Below the pieces are notes generated by a model that saw nothing but the letters and a program-made list of their open reading frames with translations, was not told the DNA's origin and made no database searches. A stretch of DNA of 61,791 nt, counting the filler, from Asterionella formosa (Eukaryota): the NCBI GenBank assembly GCA_002256025.1. It is 4 parts of 4 records of this genome, joined end to end, with 100 filler letters (N's around TTAATTAATTAA, not from the genome) between each part and the next. Parts side by side here need not be neighbours in the genome. Positions count along the whole stretch, not along the records: positions 30,987 to 46,340 come from NKIB01005482.1; positions 46,441 to 61,791 come from NKIB01005483.1; 2 more parts are not named here. One strand, written 5' to 3'. Below, piece after piece: positions 37,301 to 49,111 of this stretch. The number at the start of each line of letters is the position of its first letter. Within the stretch, counting starts at the first letter, position 1. The position numbers and the translations under genes are program-made.

Positions 37301-40300
37301 TTCTTGGCAAACGGGCACATTTCCATTTGGAGACTGAGGCCTGGAAAGCTTTAAAACGTCAGGTGGCAGCAACAGATCGAACAGACGATTTCTTATCCAT
37401 TACATCTGACCCACCAACCAAGTCAACATACTTTCATCTTGGAACAGTTTGGCCTCTAAGGACAAAGACAAATTCTCGTGAGGATATGCATGTTTCAGTT
37501 GGAAATAACAGTTCTTCAATTTTGTATCGACAAAATTTTGACATCCTATTTAGAATTAACAATGTTCAACAAAGTATTTGGACGAGTTCATTGCAACTCT
37601 TCTTTAAAAAAGGATATTCTTTGGGAGTGAAAAAGAACAGATAATGGACCATTGGGATTATCCAATGTCATCATTTCTTAGGAAATTGTTGTTTGTGAAA
37701 ACCTCATAATAACCAATTTAGTATGCGAAACTAAACCATTAACGACCAGAGATTCCTGCATCTGAATCATTATTCCATTTCGGATGGCAGTCCATCTGAA
37801 AATAGTAGTTTGGCCGGGAACGTTACTTTCAATTTTAGCATGATAATAAATGTCGAAACAGGCCCAACCCCATCTTCAAGACTTTTTATTCTTGCTATTT
37901 GCATCTATTGCTGAATTCGCAATGCTCTTTACGTAGTTGGCCCCCTTCGGTAGATCAGGATGAACCAATTGAGACAAGGGTGCATCCTTACTCCGTGATA
38001 CATGCCCAATCTTATTAGGGACACCTGCTATAGTCCATAGACCATTTGATGTTGAAGCAGAAAATTGAACTTCAACAGGAAGGGCTGGTGAATGGATTTT
38101 GGTAGGCGATATTCCCAAATTTTCAGGCGACCTACTAGGCAACATCATTGTATCCGGAATCATTCCTTTGAAATCAATTTCTGTTGAAATACCCTAAGTT
38201 ACATTGATGTATATTTTAATCATCTTCTTTTGTTTGTTTTCTGTATGTAATGAATCACTTACAAAAACAATTTTTCGTGCCAATGCAATCTGCCTTGTTT
38301 CATAAGACCTTGTTAAAATGTCATGCTTTAATCGATGTAATTGTCCATTGACACGCTTACTGGGTTGTTTCCATTTGTCTTTCAAAAAAGACTCCAAATA
38401 TCCACCAAAGAAATTAAGAGGAGATCCGAGCGAACTTCCTAATCAGATGAGGGTAATGTTTCATTCCATGAAATTTTGCCATTCGTAAGCCAATTTGAGA
38501 TATCATTTCCCGTTGGGGACCAATCATAATCTTAGTAGCTAATTGACATAAATCTCTTAACCCTTTCCTCTAAATAATCAATACATGTTGATGTATATTG
38601 TGGTATGAATAAAGTGTCATTGATAGATATACATTGCCATAACAGCAATGTGAAATCCTTTTCTAGGTGCATGTTCTCTGAACCCATCATTCCACCCATT
38701 GAAAAAAATTATTAACAGACATAATCCAGGAATTTCTTACCCTGACATTTTCGACAAAGCTGTCATCCCAGCCAGATCCGTATGACAATTTTGGAATATC
38801 ACGATCGCTTTGCCTTTCCAAATGACTATTGATATTTCTAGCACTTTGTTCGAAGTATAGTTTCGAAAATACATTTCTGGTGCTGGTACAAGTGTTGGGT
38901 CTTAAACTTTTGCCGGTGTAGATATTTTTGATAACTGGTGCGTGTGTCCTTTTTGGTCTTTGCCCGTTTCTTCGGTTGCTCTTGATCAAGAAAAGCAGAT
39001 TTAGTTGTTTCAGTGTTACGTTTATGATTGGAGATATTTTCTGGAATATCTGGAGATTTTCTTTCTTTAAAAAAACATGTCCATTCTTTAGGGATAGTTA
39101 GATAATTTTTCAAAGATTCCAAAAGGAGGAAGGGGCATTTCCATTGCATTTTCAGGGAGAAAGCCGGTGCAATCTGAAAATCTGAAAATTGCATTGTTTC
39201 TGAATTCAACCCTTGGAGAGTTTTTAGTCTCAACTGTTCGTCCTCTTGTGACTGAATATTGTTATAAACTGAATCGTCGCTGTCGTCATGAAGTGGATGA
39301 TTGTGGTCACTTGATTCAAGGATAGGACACATAATCTCTTCTTGTCTAATCTCCCTTAATGCTGCAGCAGTTACACTGCCTGCCCTCATTAACTGGATAG
39401 TAGAATGAAAATGAAATAATATATAATAATAAATTGAGCACCACTTTGACCATGCTGTGCTGGAAAATACAGAGTCGTGAAATTATCACTCCACCATAGT
39501 AGTAAAAATGGAGGTATACCGCTACATGTAGTACAGGCGGCACTAATGGTAATAGTAGTATAGAGCAGAATCAATGTTTTCCTATCATCTATGATATGGC
39601 TTGCATTGTAGAAGTCTCACACTAACTATAATTATTATGTAACTACTAAGTATGCATTGGATTCTATTAGATCCATTCAAAATCAACATCGTCATCAATG
39701 TCCCGTTGATTAATGTGGTCATTATAATCAATATTCTTTTCAGGAACATTTGGTTGAATTGATTCAACAAATTGATGCATATCCTCTTTACTTACGTTGG
39801 GAAATGAGAAGTATGAGTGTGGGTAGATGATATTTGTGGTGAGAGTAGCAATTCCACTAGGATTCCTGCCTTCCATATTCAGATCGATTCGCTCTTTTGT
39901 GAAAGTCCAGTGTAGATTTCCTTATAATAAATGAGTAAATCATCAGTCCATTGATCAGTAAGACCATTTGAAACTGAACTTTCTTCCCTTGCTCACACTT
40001 TTTTAATAAGTGGTTTCCCACCAATGTCGACAAAATCGGTAGAATGACAAATTTCGTTCTCTGAAATTTCATGGGTATCTGGATTGAAACCCAAATATAT
40101 TTATTGTAATCGGAATTTTCCTTTCAGCACCAAGAAGCAAAAGGCTTCTGTACTGGCATTGATCAGCGAACCAACAAAACGTGTTTGCCATTTACACTGT
40201 GCCCGAAGACTGAGTTGAAATTTGGTCACACCAGATTTGTCTCCTGTTAAAAATGGCTCTCCACAGCTTGTCCTGCCTATAAAATACACCGGAGAAAGAA

Positions 40301-40929
40301 CATCACTCCAGACTTGGTATCCATGGCTTCCCCTGTCAATGTCCTTTGACTGCGCAAATCGATAAAGCGTTTAAATTGAAACATTTTTGATAAGAATATA
40401 ATCACCAACTCAAAACATCATGCTTTCAGAGGTTTGTCTCTACATTTATTCTACATTTTAGCCGTCCATTTCACAACAGGGGCATCTTTTTTAATGCATC
40501 AGTGAGTTGCGTTGCTGCCTTGTGGCTGGCTAATGCCGGTGTTCTGCTGTCAATTTGACTGCTCCATGAAACAGTTTTATAGCACATGTTTCTTTCTGAT
40601 GTTGCTAGTTCTATTAAATGAATTACTGACACACTGTTCTTTTGTAAATCTTTACAGGTCAATGAAGAAGCCATTTCTAGGACAAGGAGGAAGCCAGTGT
40701 GATACATGATGCCTTTTCAAGAATGAATAATTTTTTCATTCAGAATGAACGGTTTCTGTTTGTCTTGAATTGTCCTGCTTACAGACATCTCATGATGCCT
40801 GCCTTCTCAAGACTGAAGATGCCATTCTGAAAGAACTGCTTTGTTTGATTGCATATCGAGATTAATTTCCCATGTAATGTGAAATACCGGCAGTTGAATT
40901 AGAAATCAACATATTTGATTGTACTTTTA

Positions 40930-41360
40930 AATTACGTAAACAAATTTAATGCATTACGTGAACAATATTATAGAATTACGTGAACAAAATTATAAGGCAA
41001 TGTGAACTAAATTACAGAATAAAGTGAAGTATTTCAAATAATTATGTGAACAAAATTATAAGGCAATGTGAACTAAAACTACAGAATTAAGTGAAGTATT
41101 TCAAATAATTATTTGAAGTATTCCAAATAATTACGTGAAGTATTTCAAATAATTATGTGAAGGTGATCACGTAATTTCGTGATGATCAGGAATGCATGCA
41201 TGATACTCTGATCAAATAATTATCGTGATGTATTCAGATAATATATAGATATATTCAAGTAAGCATTTTGATGTATTCAACTAATTCATGTGATCAATTC
41301 AAAATCAATTAGGCTTATTTACGTGATGGTCACTTCACGTACTAATACACGGCTTAGATG
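40930..41360. repeat. Subterminal-type minisatellite (ATTA[C/T]GTGAA, ~21-bp period) ending at a putative terminus ...CTTAGATG
   Basis: More than 10 GTGAA-core units, including a ~64-bp higher-order duplication; ends exactly where the inverted-repeat arm begins. Confidence 0.7.
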
Positions 41361-42167
41361 TGTAGCATCCTATTTGAGGAATCCCTGTACAGTTTCGACT
41401 CCAGGTATCCTACTGTCAAGCTCAAGAGGTTTTGGACGTGATTTGGATGGTCACGAAGGCGTGGATTTGCCATGCTCAACACTAAACAGGACGTATATGA
41501 ACGAAATTGTGTGCTCCCACGCTGCTTGGCCGATGCGTTTACTGAAAATGCTGATCATGGCGGCTATGTTGATAAATCAAGCGGCGTGGGAGGTTGTAAA
41601 ATTGATGAGTTAACCAACAGACGAATAATACCGACATGGTCAATGTGATTTTAGTAACAAGAGTTTTTAGGCACAAAACATTACCAATAAATACATACAT
41701 AGAGTCAGGCTTTTGCTAATACTAGGCCTACCGGGTCTACCTCATGGCCCGTCATTCAAGTAAATAATGGTGGAATAATTAAAATTTCTCAATGACCGGT
41801 ATTGCATAGAATTTACCACCGGTATTTAATTGTTGCTCTAATTCCGACAAATGAAGACGAAATTGTTTCAGCCTAAATTAAAAATTACGAGGTTAAATTT
41901 TTTGCCCATGACTTTTTGCTTTTGCTCTTACCTTATCACTTTTGCTCTATCCGAACTTTTTTGCTCACCACACGAAAATTTTGCTCGTTGCTCCAAGCAT
42001 TTGCTCATTGCTTGCTCAGAGCATTTACTCATCGCCAAAAAACTGCTCACTGTAAGTTGGCTCGGTTTAGCAGCTATTGCCTTTTCGTAATTACGGTTAT
42101 AATTTGAATTTACTTAAGAAACAATCATTGGTTAGAAAGTCAGCCGACTCCATCAGTCCATTTTGGT
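41361..42167 (+). repeat. 807-bp inverted repeat, right arm
   Basis: Reverse complement of 34665-35471; continues into a GC-rich hairpin at 42162-42198. Confidence 0.95.
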
Positions 42168-42252
42168 TTCGAAGCCCTGCAGGCGGGCTGAAACCAAACG
42201 AGCGCGAAGAAGGCGCAATTATTGCACCTTCCAGTATTCTAATGATAACAGC

Positions 42253-42970
42253 TACCTGGTACCTGGTACAGGCATGTTGAGCTGCACATGATCTATGTAA
42301 CAATACACCTGGTACTGTAGCAGTACAAGTTGCAGGGATGTACTTACAGTTTTATGGATGAATATATACCGGTAAGCAATTTAACGGATAGTAATATACT
42401 ATCTTGCCTACATCATACGGTACCTGGTACTGTCATACGTCGCCATATTCATATGCATACGACCATGTTTCAGTTAGTGGTTTGGTTTGGAGGTAGGGGT
42501 GTTGATCTATGTGAGGCTTTGTCATGATACCTCAGAGTAAAAAATATCTTTAGTTTACCGGTAGTAAGTATTTCATGTGATTTTACTTTGCATACTGAAT
42601 ACGTATGTAAACTGACGACCATATGTTCACAATTTGAACAAAAGTTACCTACCGGTACAACAACGCCATACTGCTACATAATAAACATAATGGTAGGCCA
42701 TTTTTAAGGTTTGCTCATATATGGCTGGTTTGATTATATATTTACGGACAAATATTCGCAATATTCGCAATATTCGGACTTTCCCTGAACTCTCTGACTT
42801 CATTTGTTCAAAATTTGAATATTCGCTGACAACTGACTTCATTTGCTGACTACCTGGTACCTGGTACCGGTACTGACATGAAGTCGCTGCCTGCTAACTT
42901 CAAATTGCTGACGTCACCAAGCAACTACTTTGTACACAGGAAGAGACCAACTACGGTACCGGTACTGGTG
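42253..42970. repeat. Cluster of TA-CCWGG-TA / TA-CCGG-TA palindromes
   Basis: TACCTGGTACCTGGTACCGGTA at 42851-42872, plus TACCGGTA at 42367, 42556, 42650 and 42957. Confidence 0.85.
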
Positions 42971-42989
42971 TACGAATCATGTTTACTTA

Positions 42990-43271
42990 TCATATTTGAA
43001 TAACGATGGACACATGAGCATGGATGTGCGGAGTTTCAACTCCGCAACAGCACCCTTCGTCTGGAGGGCCATGCATCCCATCTTCGTCCAGACAGGGCGA
43101 CAGGAGGTCTGCGGCATCATCGTGTCCGTGAGTTGAGAAGCGGAGTTTGTCTGTATTTCCCTCTAGATGATAAGCTCTGGACGTTCCAGAAGCATCAAAC
43201 AACAGTAGATCAGATCCACTTTCGCAAACAACAGCCAAACAGAGCGCGTTGTTTCCAATGGAGGCACAACC
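42990..43271 (-). pseudogene. His/Cys-rich fragment resembling the N-terminal metal-binding region of diatom Zn/Cd P1B-ATPases
   Basis: LCLAV...DLLLFDASG...FSTHGHDD..LLSPCLDEDG.HG.PDEGCCCGVETPHIHAH. Two in-frame TGA lie upstream and no ATPase core follows. Family assignment is from memory and unverified. Confidence 0.4.
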
Positions 43272-43659
43272 TCATCACAGCGTTTGCGAGGACCTCCATG
43301 GTAATCAACAGACTCTTTGTTGCGACATGCAGCTTAGCAAGACATTTGGTAGGTTTACCTGTTCAGCAACGAAATAAAGTGATGCTTCTCGCTTTCGTGA
43401 TAGGGCAAGAATTAAATAATGTTCTGTGATAGTGGAGACATACCAAGATGATGTCTGTCGCATTTTGGCTTCGAGAAAACCATCATTGCAAATACAGAAT
43501 GTATTGTCTGAAACAAAAATGGTTTTATTATATTCATACATGAATACTATGAATAAGGGAAACGTACAGTATGCAGATGATACCGGTGGATTTCTAGATC
43601 GTATTTTATTATTATTATTATTATTTAGTTTCTCAGCAATGGTTACCACATTTTGATGA

Positions 43660-45807
43660 TCACTGTACCAATGTCACCACAGGACTGGGTATTGGAATCA
43701 CAGCAATTGTTCCTGGGAGAATGGCTGCACCCGGTTTGTCTGGTTCACCTATAGGTTGTTCGCGTTGGGAGCATTTACAGACCTTTTGAACGAAAACACG
43801 CCAGCAAACAAAAACAACACCAACACCAAAAAGCGAAGGGAGAACAATACGTAGTATGATTTTGGTTGAACTGGCTGATGCAATAGGAACTGGACAGAAA
43901 TCAGATGGAATAGTTTCGCCAACTGGGCAGCAGAATCGATCCTATAAGTATACAAGAATATACAGAGGAGCAATTTGAGTGAGTGAGATTCTCTTTGTGA
44001 CACAATCTTCTTGATATATATCATATAACAGCACTTGGACTTGGATTACTTACAAGAAATTTCATGCCAGCAAAAAAGGCATTGATCCACAAATTTTGTG
44101 GATGATCAGAAACCAAAGGGCATTTGGTGGCCTCAACTTGAACAAAGCCACTAGCGTTGCAAGCGTTTGGATCACAAATCCCTTCATCACCAGCAAAGCT
44201 ACCAGCAAAGCTGAGACGACGAAATGATTCCACTTCACAACGAGTCAGGTTCAACGAAGGGCAATTGGCAGTCGATGCTTTCACAATTCGATCAATGGCG
44301 GCTTGTTGATTCCCGGCTTCAGAGCCCAAAGCCTTACTGATAGCAATCAAAGGAAAATTCATGCCAACCACACCCAAGAAAAGAGGAGGATCATGATTAC
44401 GATCGTAGACAGGTGCTGACACTGTGGTACCAACAACACCACCAGTGGCGAAGCTGTAAGGCTCCACCCAAGCTACAGCACCCTTGTTACCAAGTCCAAG
44501 GGCAAATAGTCGATAGTAGGACGTTAGACTCTCGAACAGCTTGCTCTCATCATCAATCTTGGACCAAACGCCCAATTCAGTGGAGCAGGCAAGCTCCTTT
44601 GGGAATTTGTGAACATCTTCATTTGCAGTGCCAATGCTGTAAGTGAAAAAGAGGATGGGCTTGCCACTGGACTGCATGGTTGCGTTGAGTCTGGTTGTAA
44701 CTAGCTCAATGACATCCTGCTCTGTCACATTTGAAGGATCTGTCATTACACCATCAGTCAGGAAAAGAATGGCAGAGTTACAGTTGTTGTGAAGCTCTGC
44801 CGCAATGGTTTTATCCATAGTGTCAAAGGCACTTCCAAGGGCAGCATAGAAGTTGGTACGCCCATCAGCCACAAGACCATTTATGGCGTCGACAAGACTT
44901 GCTTTGTTTGTCGCATTCGCAGTCAGCATGCGACCTTCACTGTCGCCAATCACGCGTGAAGACGAGGCAAAGGGGACAATCGCAACACGATCACCAACTG
45001 TTAATGTCTGAATCACACGAATCGCTGCTTTCTTGAGAAGTACAAATCGCTGACCTTGGCCGAAATTCATTGATGCTGATGTATCAAGAACTAAGACAAT
45101 GTTTTTTGGACCAGAGCTTGCTGCAATAAACCATGGTCGGGATAGCAGGTCAAAGGAGTCGCAATTCTCAAAAGGACGACCGGGAAAGATACGAACCATT
45201 CCTTCTTTTGACCCGAAAAACATTGGAGGAGAGTCTACTCCAAAAGAGCGCCAGTAGTCGGCATCAGTACGACGTTTCTCACTAAAGAAGCTATCAAGTT
45301 GTCTGGTGTAACACACACTTTCAATCACCTACCGGTATATACGAAAGGGAGGGGGGGACGATTACCAATAGGTAAGTACACTCCTGCTGCGACATCAAAC
45401 GAAAGTGTTCTACTAGCAACCAAAAAACACATGTGGTTTACCTGTGGATTCGTTGGGTTGCCGTCTTTGCCGTCGGCAATCTTGCTAGGCAAGATCACAC
45501 TTGAAGAGTTGAAGTCAAACAAGGCACCACAGCTGTCACTGGGACCCGAGCTGCAGTTCGTTACTAGCTCATCGCTTTTATAGCATGTTGCGCTTGAAAA
45601 CTGGGAAACGCAACTATCGTAGTTGTTGTAGCTGCAGTCATTAAGAGCGGTGGTGCATCGATCTTGAAAGGCTTCTTCGACTTGTTCGGCGAGCTCAAGT
45701 ACATCCTTCTCCATCTTGTCAATGAGCTTATCCAGGTCCGCAGTACCCGCTTCAGTGAAATTCAGAAGGAGGAGTATGGTGGACGCTACAATCAAGAATA
45801 AGTTCAT
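43660..45807 (-). CDS. VWA/Cache-domain type I membrane protein (Ca-channel alpha2/delta-like); 3 exons
   Basis: Signal peptide, RPWFIAASSGPKNIVLVLDTSASM (MIDAS DxSxS), GRTN, FLTDG, WVEPY..A....GTTVSAPVY, C-terminal TM helix. Exons 45807-45442, 45328-44054, 43941-43660 with GT-AG introns. Confidence 0.9.
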
Positions 45808-46152
45808 TGTCAAAGGATCTTACAATCTTACTCTCGCAAAGGCATAAAAAGTGTACAATCAGGAAACTTTCGACTTTTTGTTCTAACTTATGAGGTCAGG
45901 TTGGAAAAAGTTGTTTCTTAAGCCCAGCAGTTACACATTACGAGGTCCTTTTCTCTTCAAATGTGTCTGTATATTATGTACAGGCTGTTGCATCATTAAG
46001 GTTGCGGCCCCGGAGTTTCCCATTGCGAGGTCCTTTTTTCCCAAAATTAGACCTCGCCTCTGCTTGATGGACGATGGATGGTAGAGATAACAAGCAAAAC
46101 ACGAATCCATAGCTCTAAAAACAGCAACAGCAAATTCTAAATCAGACCTCGC

Positions 46153-46340
46153 TGAGCGATCTTGCGCATCAATACAGATGTATATAGGGTTAGTGTTATA
46201 TCATGTATGTATAAGAACTCAATAATGAGAGAACTCGACTAACCCTCATTGTATACTTTGGTGTCGACTTGGAGAACGAGTTACACACAAGGATTAACAA
46301 ATAAGCTCATATATTCAACAAATACTACTACTTCTAGTTA
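46153..46340 (+). repeat. Gypsy LTR copy running into the gap
   Basis: 188 bp matching 719-906 with one substitution. Starts TG with no PPT before it, so it is a 5' or solo LTR. Confidence 0.9.
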
Positions 46341-46440
46341 NNNNNNNNNNNNNNNNNNNNNNNNNNNNNNNNNNNNNNNNNNNNTTAATTAATTAANNNN
46401 NNNNNNNNNNNNNNNNNNNNNNNNNNNNNNNNNNNNNNNN
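46341..46440. other. Assembly gap / contig spacer
   Basis: 44 N + TTAATTAATTAA + 44 N. Confidence 0.98.
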
Positions 46441-46441
46441 C

Positions 46442-48016
46442 CAAGATTTCGACGCATTCTCCGCTGTGATTGTTGCCCTCTCGACGCTCCTTCTGCTCAA
46501 TTCCTGGAAATTTATTCAGAATGTGCTAGCACTGGACTTTCCTGGTCCCATTCCATACCCAATGGTTGGAAATATGTTGTCCTTGATATCCAAAGGGAAT
46601 ATTCAAGAATCTATCCGTCACTTGTGCAAGGAGTATGGACCCGTCGTGGAACTGGTCTTCTTAGAGGGAAGAAGAGTTGTGCTAGTCAACGATCCTGTCT
46701 TTTGCAAAACGGTCATGAAATCGATGGACCGAGGCGATCTGGAAGGCCCAGATGATCATCTGACGAGATTTAGACAAAACTTCCTTTGGGTCAAGGTTTT
46801 CCATATGAAGGGATTGGATCTCTTCAATCTGTCCGACACCATTGGAGATTGGAAGACCCGTCGACGACTGCTGCAGCCGGCATTTGACCAAATACATGTA
46901 AGAGCCATGGAAAAGGATATCAATGAAAGTATAAATTCCCTGCTTGCAAAATTATATGGGTTAGCGTGCACTGCGCCTACTGATAGTCAAGACGACGGTG
47001 CTTTTGATTTAAAACCAATTCTACAAGATTTTGCTTTTGAAGTCATTTGCAAAACCTCTTTGGGATTTCAAGCAGACATGGTTCATGATTCAAAATCGAG
47101 ATGGTTGATTGAAGCTATGGACTTATCGACTCGTTTGTTTTCAGAATACCTCTTTGATCCATTTTTGTGGTTCAAAATCAAGCTTTTGGCCCCCATTGGT
47201 TTATTACCTGTTGAAATTCGGCGCCGCAAAGAGGGTATTAAGTTACGTCAGTTTGCCACCTCTCTGTTGGAGAAGGAAAAAGCAAGACAAGTTGAGGAAG
47301 GGTCTCAAAAGGATTATCTTATGAGCATTGTTCTGGCTGCCTCTAGAGAAAAGAAAGTATATGGATATGATGATGACTCTATTCTTGATGATATAATTGC
47401 CTTTATGTTTGCTGGGCACGATACAACATCGGCCACACTTAGTATCTTTTTCCATCATATTGCGACACATCCCGACATCCAGGAGACGTTACATAAATAC
47501 ATTGACAGTGCATTGCAAGAGGGTGGCAAAGATTTTGGGGAGATTCTCAAGAAGCACCCCCTTCCATTTCTCTCGGCCTGCATTCGAGAATCCCAACGAC
47601 TCCAGCCAATTGCTCCTTTGTTGCAGCGACGGGCCCAACAGGATATTTTTATCTCAAAGCACCTGCTTGGAAGCGACAAGGATGTTGTCGTCCCTAAAGG
47701 AAGGCAGGTGCTCATTCCCTGTTTTTTGTTGCACCGAGATGAAAATGTATATCCGAACCCCGAATTGTTTCAACCCGAGCGATGGATCGACAACGTCGGG
47801 CACCTCAAACCAGTCAAGCCTGGGTATTTTTTCGCCTTTGGTGCTGGACCAAAAATGTGCGTTGGAGTACAGTTGGCCGAAAAGGAACTCAAAATGACAG
47901 TCCTGGGCATTTTATCCAAGTTTCGTGTCGATTCAGCTGGGGACGCTGTCACTATTGTTGATGCGTTTATCAGTGGACCTAAAACTGTAAGAGTGAAATT
48001 TACGTTGCGGGGGTGA
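46442..48016 (+). CDS. Cytochrome P450, 5'-partial (start codon in the gap)
   Basis: Frame open from the contig edge. N-terminal membrane anchor, PGP hinge, WxxRR, FAGHDTT, ESQR (ExxR), PERW and FGAGPKMCVG heme motif; intronless. Confidence 0.95.
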   Translation, partial: QDFDAFSAVIVALSTLLLLNSWKFIQNVLALDFPGPIPYPMVGNMLSLISKGNIQESIRHLCKEYGPVVELVFLEGRRVVLVNDPVFCKTVMKSMDRGDLEGPDDHLTRFRQNFLWVKVFHMKGLDLFNLSDTIGDWKTRRRLLQPAFDQIHVRAMEKDINESINSLLAKLYGLACTAPTDSQDDGAFDLKPILQDFAFEVICKTSLGFQADMVHDSKSRWLIEAMDLSTRLFSEYLFDPFLWFKIKLLAPIGLLPVEIRRRKEGIKLRQFATSLLEKEKARQVEEGSQKDYLMSIVLAASREKKVYGYDDDSILDDIIAFMFAGHDTTSATLSIFFHHIATHPDIQETLHKYIDSALQEGGKDFGEILKKHPLPFLSACIRESQRLQPIAPLLQRRAQQDIFISKHLLGSDKDVVVPKGRQVLIPCFLLHRDENVYPNPELFQPERWIDNVGHLKPVKPGYFFAFGAGPKMCVGVQLAEKELKMTVLGILSKFRVDSAGDAVTIVDAFISGPKTVRVKFTLRG

Positions 48017-48424
48017 CTTGAAGGATTGACATGGTGTAAACAGTAGGGAATAACAATCAATCCCTGTCTATAACGTGGTTTTTTGAATTTTCTTGCTTCT
48101 GGTATTCCTCTCTTTGGATGATTGATCCATGATTGTTGCAAAGGCGATGGCTTTAACCTTTCGTTCAGCTTACAAATGTGAGCTGTTGAATTTCATGGTT
48201 GTTGCATCATCATTGCATGGTGTTCATGCAGCAATAACATCGCTAATTGTTATAGCTATTGAGCTTGCCTTCAAGCTTTGCCGGTATGTATGCCTTATTC
48301 ATGATATAGCACATGCTAAGGGATTTCAAAAGTTTTTGCGAAAATGAATTGCAATGCTTTAGAGTCAAAATGTCTCCAAATCAATCGCAAAGCTTTGTTT
48401 TAGCTTCCATTGTATTGCTCCCTA

Positions 48425-48972
48425 TACCGGTATCTCTCTTATGGGTGATACATTGTGACTCTTTGGAGCTATCGTATCAGTGTGGATGAACAAGCATACG
48501 GTATGTCATGCATGACGGACTGGTTGTTTCCAGTATTGTATCAACCTGTTATTAAAGTACGGGTACCAGTACCATGGCACCTGGTACCATTGTCAAACAA
48601 ACCCAAGTACGATATGGTACATGGTACCATACTCCGAGTACCTGGTACTGGTATATTTAGACCGTTATTGCTCAGGAAAATAGAATACCAGTACTCCGAG
48701 TACCTTTTATCAATTGTTTCGTTTGCATTCGTAATACATCACTTTCTCACTTATTCCTTTAATCAATCACTGATTCGTTCGCATTCTTTTGACATCACGC
48801 TGACACTTTTTCCTCCAATCAATTGATTTGTTATCGTTCACCCTCCTCCAACTTGCGAAGCGAACACTAAATTTCCATTGACAATTACTTAACATGATAC
48901 CAGAAATATTCGCGTCTATATAATAACACCAGATGTACAAATTGCGAACCATACTACCTGGTACCCAGTACA
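48425..48972. repeat. Cluster of TA-CCWGG-TA-type palindromes upstream of the LRR gene
   Basis: TACCGGTA at 48425, TACCTGGTACTGGTA at ~48639, TACCTGGTACCCAGTA at ~48955. Confidence 0.8.
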
Positions 48973-49111
48973 TGTGCAGCAGTCTTGATTGACGAATGGC
49001 AATAACAAAAGTGAGGAGATTTGCAAATGTACTTTTGCACTTCAAATCTGCCTCACAAAAAAACAGCGAACATTGTTCAAAACCAGAAAACCAAATGCAC
49101 AACATCAAAAA

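Noticed and set aside
34665..42167. MULE/foldback element with 807-bp TIRs
   Set aside because: No TSD at the outer edges, and the right arm continues into a hairpin that the left arm truncates; disfavoured but not excluded.
46153..46466. Gypsy LTR acting as promoter of, or disrupting, the P450
   Set aside because: A contig spacer lies between them, so adjacency is unproven.
48989..49111. N-terminal extension of the LRR ORF in the ORF track
   Set aside because: Starts at TTG; the signal peptide begins at the ATG at 49112.
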